This document shows, piece after piece, positions 1-12,960 of a stretch of DNA of 64,000 nucleotides. The translations under genes and the position numbers were made by a program. Every line of letters begins with the position of its first letter. Within the stretch, counting starts at the first letter, position 1. Location of the stretch: NCBI GenBank assembly GCA_965235115.1, contig OZ249436.1, positions 31,312,001-31,376,000 of the forward strand, in the 5' to 3' direction. This stretch comes from Laetmonice hystrix (Eukaryota). Below the pieces are notes generated by a model. That model had not been told where the DNA came from, made no database searches, and was given only the letters and a program-made list of their open reading frames with translations.

Positions 1-409
1 TGTACATGTATGTTGTAGAGGTCCCCCATACCACACAAACGTGATATAATTAAATGTCAATATCAAATTGATAATCAAGTGATCTCCTTAAACCAGAAAC
101 ACTTATCCATTTTTTCAGTGAATGGTGATTACGTAATCATTGACCTCATTATCTTAATAATATGTCGAGATCTAACAAATGTATGCTACCAGTGAATATA
201 GACCCCCTCCCCTTGCCCCGCCGCTCCGAAACCATATGTTCCTGATACCTCAGCTGGCTAACAATAACAGGTAACCCGGGTCCAATTATCTCTCGTTCTG
301 TACACGTTTATTCCTCGCTAATCAATTAAGTTTAACCTTTAAGAAGGCGTGCATGGTGGATCAGAAAAAAATGAGGGTTGCTTAAACCTTCCCGTTCGGG
401 CAAAACCGG

Positions 410-2795
410 GTCCCCACCCTCTAGCAGTTCCTCGAGCCCGCAGCATAAGGCCCCCTATTTGTGAGTCCCCCACCCGCTATAGTAGGTCATAGAGCCCGCA
501 GCATAAGGCCCCTTATTTGTGAGTCCCCCACCCGCTAGTAGGTCCTAGAGCCCGCAGCATAAGGCCCCTTTTTGTGAGTCCCCCACCCGCTAGTAGGTCC
601 TAGAGCCCGCAGCATAGGGCCCCCTATTTGTGAGTCCCCCATCCGCTAGTAGGTCCTAGAGCCCGCAGCATAAGGCCCCATATTTGTGAGTCCCCCACCC
701 GCTAGTAGGTCCTAGAGCCCGCAGCATAAGGTCCCCTATTTGTGAGTCTCCCACCCGCTAGTAGGTCATAGAGCCCGCAGCATAAGGCCCCCTATTTGTG
801 AGTCCCCCACCCGCTAGTAGGTCCTAGAGCCCGAGGAATAAGGCCCCCTATTTGTGAGTCCCCCACCCGCTAGTAGGTCCTAGAGCCCGAGGCATAAGGC
901 CCCCTATTTGTGAGTCCCCCACCCGCTAGTAATTCCGGGAGCCCGCTGTATAAAGCCCGCTGTTTGTGAGTCCCCCACCCGCTAGTAGTTCCGCGAGCCC
1001 GCTGTATAAAGCCGCTATTTGTGAGTCCCCCACCCGCTAGTAGTTCCGGGAGCCCGCTGTATAAAGCCGCTATTTGTGAGTCTCCCACCCGCTAGTAGTT
1101 CCGGGAGCCCGCTGTATAAAGCCGCTATTTGTGAGTCCCCCACCCGCTAGTAGTTCCGGGAGCCCGCTGTATAAAGCCGCTATTTGTGAGTCCCCCCACC
1201 CGCTAGTAGTTCCGGGAGCCCGCTGTATAAAGCCGCTATTTGTGAGTCTCCCACCCGCTAGTAGTTCCGGGAGCCCGCTGTATAAAGCCCGCTATTTGTG
1301 AGTCCCCCACCCGCTAGTATAGTTCCGGGAGCCCGCTGTATAAAGCCGCTATTTGTGAGTCCCCCACCCGCTAGTATAGTTCCGGGAGCCCGCTGTATAA
1401 AGCCGCTATTTGTGAGTCCCCCACCCGCTAGTAGTTCCGGGAGCCCGCTGTATAAAGCCCGCTATTTGTGAGTCCCCCACCCGCTAGTAGTTCCGGGAGC
1501 CCGCTGTATAAAGCCCCTATTTGTGAGTCCCCCACCCGCTAGTAGTTCCGGGAGCCCGCTGTATAAAGCCGCTATTTGTGAGTCCCCCCACCCGCTAGTA
1601 GTTCCGGGAGCCCGCTGTATAAAGCCGCTATTTGTGAGTCCCCCACCCGCTAGTAGTTCCGGGAGCCCGCTGTATAAAGCCCCTATTTGTGAGTCCCCCA
1701 CCCGCTAGTAGTTCCGGGAGCCCGCTGTATAAAGCCGCTATGTGTGAGTCCCCCCACCCGCTAGTAGTTCCGGGAGCCCGCTGTATAAAGCCCCTATTTG
1801 TGAGTCCCCCACCCGCTAGTAGTTCCGGGAGCCCGCTGTATAAAGCCGCTATTTGTGAGTCCCCCACCCGCTAGTAGGTCCTAGCGCCCGCAGCATAAGG
1901 CCCCTATTTGTGAGTCCCCCACCCGCTAGTAGGTCCTAGAGCCCGCAGCATAAGGCCCCCTATTTGTGAGTCTCCCACCCGCTAGTAGTTCCGGGAGCCC
2001 GCTGTATAAAGCCGCTATTTGTGAGTCCCCCACCCGCTAGTAGTTCCGGGAGCCCGCTGTATAAAGCCGCTATTTGTGAGTCCCCCCACCCGCTAGTAGT
2101 TCCGGGAGCCCGCTGTATAAAGCCGCTATTTGTGAGTCTCCCACCCGCTAGTAGTTCCGGGAGCCCGCTGTATAAAGCCCGCTATTTGTGAGTCCCCCAC
2201 CCGCTAGTATAGTTCCGGGAGCCCGCTGTATAAAGCCGCTATTTGTGAGTCCCCCACCCGCTAGTATAGTTCCGGGAGCCCGCTGTATAAAGCCGCTATT
2301 TGTGAGTCCCCCACCCGCTAGTAGTTCCGGGAGCCCGCTGTATAAAGCCCCTATGTGTGAGTCCCCCACCCGCTAGTAGTTCCGGGAGCCCGCTGTATAA
2401 AGCCGCTATTTGTGAGTCCCCCACCCGCTAGTAGGTCCTAGCGCCCGCAGCATAAGGCCCCTATTTGTGAGTCCCCCACCCGCTAGTAGGTCCTAGAGCC
2501 CGCAGCATAAGGCCCCTATTTGTGAGTCCCCCACCCGCTAGTAGGTCCTAGAGCCCGCAGCATAAGGCCCCCTATTTGTGAGTCCCCCACCCGCTAGTAG
2601 GTCCTAGAGCCCGCAGCATAAGGCCCCTATTTGTGAGTCCCCCACCCGCTAGTATAGTTCCGCGAGCCCGCTGTATAAAGCCGCTATTTGTGAGTCCCCC
2701 CACCCGCTAGTAGTTCCGGGAGCCCGCTGTATAAAGCCCGCTATTTGTGAGTCCCCCCACCCGCTAGTAGTTCCGGGAGCCCGCTGTATAAAGCC
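410..2795. repeat. Minisatellite, 55-57 bp unit, two subtypes, roughly 40 copies
   Basis: Subtype A TAGTAGGTCCTAGAGCCCGCAGCATAAGGCCCCCTATTTGTGAGTCCCCCACCCGC and subtype B TAGTAGTTCCGGGAGCCCGCTGTATAAAGCCGCTATTTGTGAGTCCCCCACCCGC, head to tail. Confidence 0.98.
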
Positions 2796-4299
2796 ACTGA
2801 TGCTGCCATGATGCAGTCTAGGCAGATGAAAGGTCAACCGTATCAGTGACAGTTGACTCATTAGTGACAATGATCACTAATGCTGGAATGATAAATCACT
2901 AATTTTAACTGATTCTCCATGACATGAATGATAGGCTATAATATCGCACACGTCTGCCCCGAGATTTTTGTGAAGAGAGTAGTGAGTAATTTAATACTGG
3001 TATAGGCCTACTTCATTTATTGTGCAGTAAGAAATGTAATATCAGTAACGTATTAGATAAGTAGGATTTTGCATGGTAGAATGAGAAGCGCTCTAGCACG
3101 TGAAAATCTAGCTTGAGGTGTTTTTGCAGCAAAATTGCACGTCAGTATATCCGAAAATGACGCGAAGCCTTGAGTGGGGGAGAGGGGTCTGAAAAAAATG
3201 AAAATTAAAGGGCCAAATAGGCGTTTCCCTGGCATCTGGGAACGAAATGCAAGGTGTTATCTTAATCAGGCCGAGGGCCTTTTTTAAATGAACAGGGGCG
3301 CCGGCTGCCACCCCTTCCCCCTAAATCTGCCTGTTGCAGTGCGCCAGGTAAAAATCTGTTGAAGACGTTTTTGCACGTAATGGAACATGCAAGCAGCATT
3401 TATCCTATGTATTTATATGGGAATCAGTGGCCGATCCAGTGGGTGGATCCACCTCCCATTTGGCGCCAACCTAGATCCGTTCCTGCATGGGAATACTATA
3501 CAAATGGACAATAATGGACAAGATATGGGGGGCTGATCCAGACATTTGCGAAAGGGGGCTGCAGAGATAAAGCTAAGGTAAAATTCTTGCGGCTTGGGAT
3601 CCGGGGGCCCTCCCTTGGGAAAAAAATTAATATGGAAGGCCAAAAAAAGCTATTTCCTAGCATCTGAAGACCACTTTTCTGATAGAAATATAAAGCCTGC
3701 TGGGCCACTTTTGATGATACCACAGACAATCCCAGCCAGTTTACAGTCAAATTAGGCCTAATATGGGGGGGGGTGTTACAGGGGGCAACTGAGCCCCCCC
3801 CCCCCTCCGCTATAGCTACGGCCTTGGCTGTCAACATTTAGAACAGGAATGCAGGAGACCCCCACCCAACCCTCGACCAACACACCCACAGTCCCCCAGC
3901 GCCCATAGCTATAGGCGCGAAGCGCACAAGCCCCACGTGATGCGAAGTAGGCCTTCTAGTACACGAGGCCAAAGGTGCGAAGTCCGCGAGTGCTGAGAGC
4001 GCGAAGCCTAGTTAGGCGGGTCCAGGGTCATGGCCCCCCACACATTTTTTGAATTTAAGGTGTATTTTGGTGATATCTGGTGCATTTTGGAGCACAAAAT
4101 AACTGAAGTTGGGGAGATCTTGGACTGTAGGGTGGGCCAGAAATTCACGTGTGACGTAACATTATGTAGTAGCGAGTGCGCGGCCAGATCTTTATTGCTA
4201 ACAATGCATCAGTCAGACTACGAGTGCGCGGCCAGAATACTGGAACAAACATAGTAAATCAGTATGATAGCCCATGAGTGCCATATCAAATCAGGGTAG

Positions 4300-4466
4300 C
4301 AGGCGCGGATCGAGGGGAGGGGGCGTGGAGGCGCAACCCCCCCCCCCCCCTTCACCAGCACAATACAAAATTACAGACAAAATAGGTAGTCACCAATCGG
4401 AACCCCCCTTCAAGATTCTGAGCCCCACGCCTCCTCCCGTTTGGGGAAACACTGGATCCGCCCCTG
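4300..4466. mobile_element. Short non-autonomous TIR element (CAG...CTG ends), 5-bp TSD GGTAG
   Basis: CAGGCGCGGATC at the left end and GGATCCGCCCCTG at the right; GGTAG at 4295-4299 and 4467-4471. Confidence 0.75.
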
Positions 4467-5494
4467 GGTAGCAGTATAGGTGAAATGAATTAACACCCAT
4501 GACCCCTTTCAAGGCACTAGCCAAGATTATTCTGGTCATTTCCGGTTTCGAAGGCCGCCATATTGGATTTCGTGGCCATCTTGAAATTTGAAAGTTAGAA
4601 ATGGATGCAGCCCTCGGATAACCCGCGGAATTGACTCAAATATCCTCAAAATTGGTCCACTGAGAGCTGAAATAGGCCCCCATAGCTACTTCCAGTTAAA
4701 TGGCAGCCAGCTTGGAATTGGCGGCCATCTTGATTTCGAATATGTCACATATGCAATCAGCGTTCATAACAATCCCTAAAACTATTCAGAGATTATAGAA
4801 ATGTCGAAAAAAGAAAACATACCCAAAGGCGAATAGACCAACTTGCACACACATTGAATTTCTCAAAGGGGCGAATCAGGGCGAATCCGACTACGGAACG
4901 AAATTTCGATTTTCTCAAAAGGGCGAATTTGTGCTTTGCATTTCCGGTGGTTGTATCCACAACTTCCGGTTGGACGAGTCCGAGGTTCTTAATGTTTTAA
5001 AAGGGGCTGAATGTTTATTTGCATAAAGCATACTTTACTTTGCAGTTTCATGTAATATTTGAGACAAAGAACACGTCCAAACTTTAGCCACATTTTTTAT
5101 GCGATTTTCTCAAAACGTCAAAATTCGGGATTCGCCCCTTCGAGAAAATCATAACGATATTGCTTCTGACAACAACCAAAAATAATGGAAGTGCATTTTT
5201 TGTTGTTTTATGTGTTGCATCTAAAAAATACTTGGAATACCCGTATGAACAATATTATTTAGGAAGTGATGAGAAAATCACATTTATTTCTACAGCGCCT
5301 TTCACGGGGAGCACTTGTTAGGTGCTGTCATCTCATGAATACGTCCAAATTAGTGATTATCATTCCAGCACTAGTGATAATTCTTTGCCAGTTTAGACCT
5401 GGGTCTAAACTGACAACTGTTGTCAGTTTAAACCAGTTGTCAATTTAGACCTGCAAAGATGGTCACCAACTAACCAGTGTAATGCCCACGCAAA

Positions 5495-5958
5495 GGGCAG
5501 GTAGGCAGGCAAGCAGGCAGGTAGGCAGGGAGGCAGGCAGGCAGGGAGGCAGGCAGGCAAGCAGGCACGCAGGTACACGGGGAGGCAGGCAGGCAAGCAA
5601 GTAGGTAGGCAGGCAGGTAGGTATAGGCAGGCAGGCAGGTAGGCAGGGAGGGCGCCAGGCAGGCAGTCAGGCACGCGGGGAGGCAGGCAGGCAGGCAAGC
5701 AGGCAGGTAGGCAGGCAGGTAGGTATAGGCAGGCAGGCAGGCAGGTAGGCAGGTAGGCGGGCGGGTAGGCTGGTAGGCAGGCAGGCAGGTAGGTAGACAG
5801 GCAGCAGGCAGGTAGGCAGGCAGGCAGGTATGTAGGCAGGCAGGCAGGCAGGTAGGCAGGCAGGCAGGCAGATATGTAGGCAGGCAGGCAGGCAGGCAGG
5901 CAGGCAGACAGACAGGCAGGCAGGTATATAGGCAAGCAGGCAGGCAGGCAGGCAGACA

Positions 5959-6016
<58 letters not shown>

Positions 6017-6385
6017 TATGTAGGCAGGCAGGCAGGTATGTAGGCAGGCAGGCAGGCAGGTAGGCAGGCAGGCAGACAGGCAGGTAGGAAGACAGGCAGC
6101 AGGCAGGTAGGCAGGCAGGTATGTAGGCAGGCAGGTAGGCAGGCAGGCAGGCAGGTAGGTAGACAGGCAGCAGGCAGGTAGGCAGGCAGGTATGTAGGCA
6201 GGTATGTAGGCAGGCAGGTAGGCAGGCAGGCAGGTATGTAGGCAGGCAGACAGGCAGACAGACAGGCAGGCAGGTATATAGGCAGGCAGGCAGGCAGGCA
6301 GCCAGGCAGACAGACAGGCAGGCAGGCAGGCAGACAGGCAGACAGGCACCCAGGCACCCAGGCAGGCCGTCAGGCAGACAGAGAA
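5495..6385. repeat. Degenerate (GGCA)n microsatellite with GGTA/GACA variants
   Basis: About 890 bp of GGCA-type tetramers; the source of the spurious (LPAC)n ORFs. Confidence 0.98.
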
Positions 6386-7910
6386 CATTTATATTTATGC
6401 AACGAAAAAAATATACTCACTGCTTTTGGAAGGATGAAAATAATACAGCGAGAAATGAGGACTCACGGAATGCGACTAACCGCATGCGGAGCGTGGGTGG
6501 AAGACGAGGATAATCTTCGACTGTATACATGTATGACCTTATATGAGAGGTATGCCCTACGGCATCACGAAATTAACAAAATGAGCTCTCTCGAAATATA
6601 TATTACTAACTACAGCAGATTCTATCCGCCGTCCCTTCATATTCGCTTCATAATGTTTGTAGAAATGAGAAAAAACGATTCTAGATTGTAGGTCGGGCTT
6701 TATGAGCAACTCAGTAGTAAAAATTATGTGGGTGCAGGAGAGGTAATAATACTCGCCGTGATGGTAACACGGTAGTGTTGATTCTACTGCCCATGTTTAA
6801 AGAACAACACAAAAACAAGGAAACTAAAAGAACTGAGATACTACCAATGCTCGTTACTTGGGTTTACAATGTGCGATCATGCAATTCACACCTCGAACGA
6901 CACAGACACCTCGAACGGCTCCCCCGATGCGGTGTTGTTTAACAATTATTGATGTATTATTTGCCACTCCACTCGAATAACCATTATGTGGTTATGTGTA
7001 AGCCAACAGAAATGTGGCCGATCCACAGATGTCAACACAGCGGTGATTACGTAAGAATTGCAGTAATTACCCTTCATTAACACTACATTGCCTATTAAAC
7101 GCAGCAGTGTTTCCGAAGTTCCGTTAACATTGACAACAGTACAGGGGGAGGGGGTAATTGAGTCAATGTGATGAGGGGAAGCAAATGGACTGGTCCTGTC
7201 AGCCTGTCGATCCTGGATGATGAAATATAACTCCCACCACTTCGGATACAATAATTAGTGAAAAGGGGTCCGTTTTCTGGCGGGTTTAGCACACCTAGAT
7301 AAACGATCTCTTTACCAAGCGGAAACCCCTGAGTATCCAAAAATAGACAAATATTTTGGGAGATTAGATACCTCAAAATGAGAACGGCGTGATGTGATGT
7401 TTCGTTCTATGTAGGAGGTTTCAATCTCTTTAGACTGTTAATGGATAACGTCTCGATAACGTTGTGGATGCATTAATGTTGAGACATCAATTAGTTCCTT
7501 TTCGCTTAGTCAGCAGTTTATAAGGACTTAATTGTTCACTAAATGCAGTTATCAGTTACGGGTCCCTTTGTTCGGATAGATACGAACAGGGCCGTGCGTT
7601 GGGGGGGGGGGCGGGGGGGGCGGGGGTGTCTGTAACCTCCCCCCCCCCTCCAAAATGTAGATTTTAGGGACCTGACACCCCACAAAAAATCTTGAAAATC
7701 CACATTTGTCATATCATTTTTAGAGCTTATTTTGTGCTCTGAGGCTGCGTTTCCATAGAGGTGACATGTCACGTGTCACGCCTCACGCTCACTTCCTTGA
7801 CGGTTTCCACCAAGTTCACGTTGACGTTTCACGTCAGAGAAAACAAGCCAGCTCGTTCATTGGTTCATTGACTCATGACGAGTGTGAAGAGTGACACGTG
7901 AACGCCTATG

Positions 7911-8558
7911 CACTGCAAAAAGGACCGTCTGCCTGCGAGACGTTTTGAGAGACGCTGTTTACAAAATGTACGCCGTCTCATGAAATGTCCACCGTCTACA
8001 ATAATGTTGGGAAAAAAAGTTTGCCAGTGTGGGATTCGAACCCAAGACCCTTGGCATGAAATTCCTACGCTCTACCACTTAGCCAACCTTTCACGTGAGT
8101 AAGTTTTAGAGTGTTGCTGTAAATGAATGACCACAGTGGTAAAGAACTATGCATTACGTCATACCACGGTTACGTCACGGCAGGCTTATAAAGGATAATA
8201 ATCAGTTGCAGAGTTGGCCCAGTTTCGACTGAACCAACTGAACCGTGTCATTTCATACCCGAGTGCGGTGACAGTTGACACAATTTCTTATTAACCTTAA
8301 GACACTGAACAATTAGGAGACGATCCTGTACCATGAGACAGTTGACAATTGGAGGACACTTTAGTTTAGAAATTTGTCTCTGAATCGTTTTTTGTGTTAT
8401 TTAGTGGTATTTGGTGTACTCAAAACGTGTGTACCCATAGAATAGAGTCTCAGAAAACGTTCAAAAAAGGTTACCGTCTATATCTGGACGTTCAGTAAAC
8501 ATTAACGTTTTTTTCGGCGTCTAAATTTCGACGTTCTGTAGACACCCTTTTTGCAGTG
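7911..8558. mobile_element. Non-autonomous CACTG (EnSpm/CACTA-like) element, 2-bp TSD TG
   Basis: CACTGCAAAAAGG..GTCT ... AGACACCCTTTTTGCAGTG inverted termini, flanked by TG (7909-10) and TG (8559-60). Confidence 0.75.
8023..8092 (-). pseudogene. tRNA-derived relic (SINE head or tRNA pseudogene)
   Basis: Minus strand reads GGTTGGCTAAGTGGTAGAGCG (A box/D arm) ... GGGTTCGAATCCC (B box/T arm). The anticodon arm does not pair. Confidence 0.75.
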
Positions 8559-11500
8559 TGGAAGCTGCACTTTGAAACTGACTTGTACATTCTTCTATTC
8601 ACGCGTGAACCGTGACACGTGGGTCGTGACACGTGAAGCGTGAACTCCTATGGAAACCCAGTCTAACATGCACTAAATGGAATTGCCACCAAAATTACGC
8701 CTTATATTTTTAAATTTTCCCCCGGACCCCCCCCCCCCCCTCCCAGCATGGCTCATCCCAGCACAAGTATGAACCGCTCCCCTAAAAAAACCTCGGATTT
8801 TCGGAATCAGTGACTGAACAGAGCCGTTAACCTGTACGTAATATGTATGTACGTACATAACTTACGTACTGTAAGTTATCTTAGCTTGATAAGGAGTTGA
8901 TATAATTAAAAGATAAATAAGATAATTAAGATAAATAAGATAAATACTAAAAATTAAAATATTAAATGGACGTAAAGAATATACCATTATCCGCTAACTT
9001 GTACCCTACCTTGAAATAAAGAATAGAAGATAAATAAAAGGTAATAAATAATAGAAATAATTAAATAAATAAATGTATAAAAAATAAATAAATAAATACA
9101 TAAAATACATAAAGTCATGGACAACATGGCGAAAAAGTTGTCTTTTGTCAATACATCAGATTCTGGGGGAAAGGGACTAAATATGGACCCAAGGCTTTGT
9201 GATAAAGAGAAACTTTATGGTAATTTCCCATTCTCTTGGCAACATGTTTCAATTTGAGAGCATTTTAACCTCTGATTTCGTAAGGACACGTTCACCTTCC
9301 CACTTGTTATGCCTTGACGTCAGAGCAATATATAATGTAAAGTCACATTCATCTAACGCTGTAGACTGAAATAGAAATCTAGGAGGCATGCTTTAACGTC
9401 ATTTCCTATCATTTTCATTGCCAGTGGTCAAGAAAGGAATTGACAGCAATAGTTGCAATTGTAAGCAGTCGATCTCCGCCCAGGATGATATAATATTTAA
9501 TGTGGTGGGCATTCAATGTAGGTTATGAAGGTGTATCCCATCCAACCACATCGCACACATTCTACTACACGATAAAGAACAATTCGACTGATGGTTAAAT
9601 ACCTACGAACAACAAACATGCGTGTGAGAACGACGTTTAACAAAAACCAATTGACGGGCGTTTGACAATAGCTGTGGGCTACGGCCTCAAACACAAGCTC
9701 GCGCCAATGTACATTCACCACCGATGTTTAACTGTGTTTATGGAAGAGATCAAAATTGTTTAGTAAATTCATCACGTCAAAAATAACAAAATCCTAATGA
9801 ATACAATCATCAGCTTTAATTTTAAGACGCTCCACACGTGGATTCTTCCCTTGATGCGTGGGAGGAGTAGGAAAATGGTTCATAATCAAAGCTGATGAAT
9901 ATTTGAGTGGTTAAATCTGAGTTCGCGGCTGGTGTGGCGCGGTGTAGAGGGAGCACCAACCAGTCGAACCGCTCGAATTGGTAGGAGCATGTCATGATGT
10001 CGTCAGAACGCCAGACCATCGGTGTGGATTTAATATCTAATATTTATGTTGGCGGCGATTGCAATTTTCCTCCGCTGCCGAGAAAGCTTAAATCAAAAGG
10101 ACTTGCTGACGTGCGACTAGAGATGAGCCAATAGATCGTGAGGACGGGTCTGACGCAAGTAGTCGACATATCGGCAAAACTGTGACGAGCAGTTGAATCA
10201 TTTATATACATAGAACATCACTTTTATACACGGATGGGAATGTTGAACAGCTCATTTTCTGTAACTCAACTTCCATACAAAACGATTTCGACTCTACATA
10301 ATGTAGAGAGCAATATTGAAAGAAAAGTACATTGATTTTTTTTCTTTTTTTCATATGCACCAAACCACAATAGGCTTATACTTGTGATGTGTGTATACAC
10401 TATGTCTATACAATGGATATGATATGACTATTCTTTGCCTGAAATTCCCTGTATCTTTTCATGTTAAATTTAATCTGACACCCAGCATCTTGCTCTGGTT
10501 ATTTACTTACATTGCACAGGTCCCTTGCTTAACCTGTTGGACCTTTAAGATTTGTTATCCTTGTATATAACCCAGTAATTGAGAGTGTAAATGTGAAAGT
10601 GTGCTCATCTCGAAACCAGCCGGTCAAGGTGAATAGTCAGGTTGTCTCATCCCAATGTACGCACAATGTGTTGTTTAGAAACCTAAAAAACGACACTCTT
10701 TCCATTTACGCAATCGCGTAGGTGGCGTTCTTAAAAATACAAAATTGACCTCAAGAACGCGTAGGGCAGCTGATGATAGCGCATTAGTTCTTTTATGTAC
10801 GTAATTTAGAAATTTCAGGGAAAGAATTCTTGACAAACCGATTTTTTCTCCTCTGAAATACCATAGCATCCTCTCTACGCTAACGACACTCGTCAAACGT
10901 TGTAAATTTCGAACGGTGACTAATTGTCAGACGACATTTTGCTGAGATGACCTTATATTCATCAATACCACGAAGGAAATAATTTAGAAGAAAACAACGC
11001 TGACTATTATAATTCAAAGGTCAGGCCAAATTAGATAAAATATATGGTTTAATTAGCATATCATTGATGAAAAACCAAGACAATCATTGGATTTCAGTGA
11101 CGTACTGATGTCGGCGTATAGAAACGACGAAGGATGAGTACCTCCATACACAGCCACCGTGGTGATGATTGACAAATTGGCCCTCCAAGTAATGTTAGAG
11201 CGAATGCAACAGCTGCAGTTTCTACTTTTTCTATTATGAACGTTTAAAGTTCAACGAGGGATATGATATTAGCTTATTAATTTTAATTGGGATTGCCATA
11301 TTTTGGGGTGGGGGCGCAAAGGAGAAGGGTGATGCCTTTTTGGAGCGGCCGATTTTGTGCGTTACAGGTATTTTGTTTGGTCTTGAGTTGACGGTGCTTA
11401 TTGCAGCCAAGGAAAAAGTTGAGGTTGATTGCGAGGTAGGTAAACTTGACGTGTCCCCAGCGCGTGTTTACAGGTGCACCGTGCCGCAGAAGTATCCCAA

Positions 11501-12379
11501 AGTACCCGTGGATACATGTGGTGAGACCCCGTCAATTTCCTCCGGACCGATTGCCTGAAATCAGCCTCATTGATTGTTAGTCTTAACAGGCCCCTCGACC
11601 GGAAATGGCTCTAGGTTAACGTTTTGGGATGAATCCAGTGAGTCGGTCTTTCGTTCTACACGCAAGTCGGCCTGTCGGCCAACAAGTGCTATTGATGGGG
11701 GCGGATTGCCTTTAAACCAACGGAAAGGTGGTGAAAGTGCAATTTGTTCCTATAAATAAGAAGCGATGCACGTGCACGGCGGCTAATGAGAGGAGGGGTG
11801 TACTCGGCAGGTCTGCTAATGGGGGCGGGCACTTGCGGGCTTGAGTCTGGTATAGTTCGGCTTTAAAGGCTTAGCACCGCTCTCTGGCCGGAGCTGTTGG
11901 TGTTTGGTGAAGGGCGCCCTCCGAGCGCTGGGTATACTGCCCACAGAACTACCCACTGCCGAACGCTAACTACTTGCTCCACCTTTCTTCCATATTCTGT
12001 TAGGTAGAGTAGGGCATCGGCATCAACGTGGATCTTTACCGTCAGGGCATTTAAACGTTATTTGTCATGATTTCGCGTTGTTCTGCCCCCCTGCACCCCT
12101 GCACCCTCCACTAAATATAGTAAGGGGGTGCCTTGTGTTTTTCTTCGTTTTTCTTATTCCATCAGCCTTACCTTTTATTTGTCTGAAAGCATAAAGAAGA
12201 TAGAGGAGGGACCTATAATATTGTTCATTGATATACAATGTACTGTCTCAATCGCCTTGTTAGTACCCTCTTCTCATGATGATATGTACTATACTAAAAA
12301 ACAAGACATGCCAGAGGCCTGATAAAAAAAAACCACCATCGAGTGCGAGGAAGTGTAGTTGAGCGTAATGGGAGTCTTT

Positions 12380-12960
12380 AGGACATGACAGTTGTCTTTG
12401 GCCTGCGATAAACATGCAGGTTTATCCACACACCTGCTCGTCCAGCTTCACATAGCATGGATGTCTACAACACACCGAGGCAGGAAGATGAATGGATCGT
12501 ATAGCATCAATGAAATCACGTGAATTCTGTCCTGCCTTACCAAGCTAACACCTTTTTATTGATTGCGGGTTTATTTCAGGACAGCGTTTCTAATGCGGTG
12601 TGGAGTATGTCGATACAAAATGGATATGACTATATTGAGGTAAACCAGGATGGCGATCTGAAACCGACTGGTTTTAACATTGGGATGATTGCTATGCAGG
12701 ATACACCTGTTGTTGGCGAGCATACAAGAACATCCCCTATATACTCGAACCCCCTCCTTCCACACCGCTCGCTACGATACATTAGCAATGATCAATTGAT
12801 TTTTTCATTGCTGAATCAAATGTGGCTCGCTATTTTACACTATAGAGAAGAGGGGCGTCTGCATGTGTTTGCCTCAAATGATTCGAATCACGATTCTTTT
12901 CATAGACTGGCAGAATTCTGTAAGTGTGATTTAAGAACGCCAGGTTCATTGGCCTCTGTT
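12380..12960 (+). pseudogene. Decayed GT-A glycosyltransferase-like sequence (PF03407/GT77-like)
   Basis: Reads SLACDK.. / VLPYQANTFLLIAGLFQD..YDYIEVNQDGDLKPTGFNIGMIAM..NDQLIFSLL. The motif order resembles nucleotide-diphospho-sugar transferases; there are upstream in-frame stops and the DxD motif is missing. Confidence 0.45.

Larger units (their letters stand above)
7742..8664. mobile_element. MITE-like element(s) with GTCACGTG-rich inverted ends, interrupted by a second element
   Basis: AGGCTGCGTTTCCATAGAG..TCACGTGTCACG at the left is inverted relative to CGTGACACGTGA..CTCCTATGGAAACCCAGTCT at the right. Confidence 0.7.

Noticed and set aside
410..2795. CRISPR-like appearance of the repeat arrays (also 35284-36462, 40309-41030, 60736-62232)
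   Set aside because: Units are head to tail with no unique spacers, there are no cas genes, and the context is eukaryotic.
870..2870. Repetitive ORFs (MGDSQIAALYSG...)
   Set aside because: By-products of the 55-bp array; the unit length is not a multiple of 3 and the frames keep shifting.
5423..6388. 321-aa and 295-aa ORFs
   Set aside because: They are translations of the (GGCA)n microsatellite.
8023..8092. Functional tRNA, including a possible TCA anticodon
   Set aside because: The anticodon and acceptor stems do not pair, there is no long variable arm, and it sits inside a transposon.
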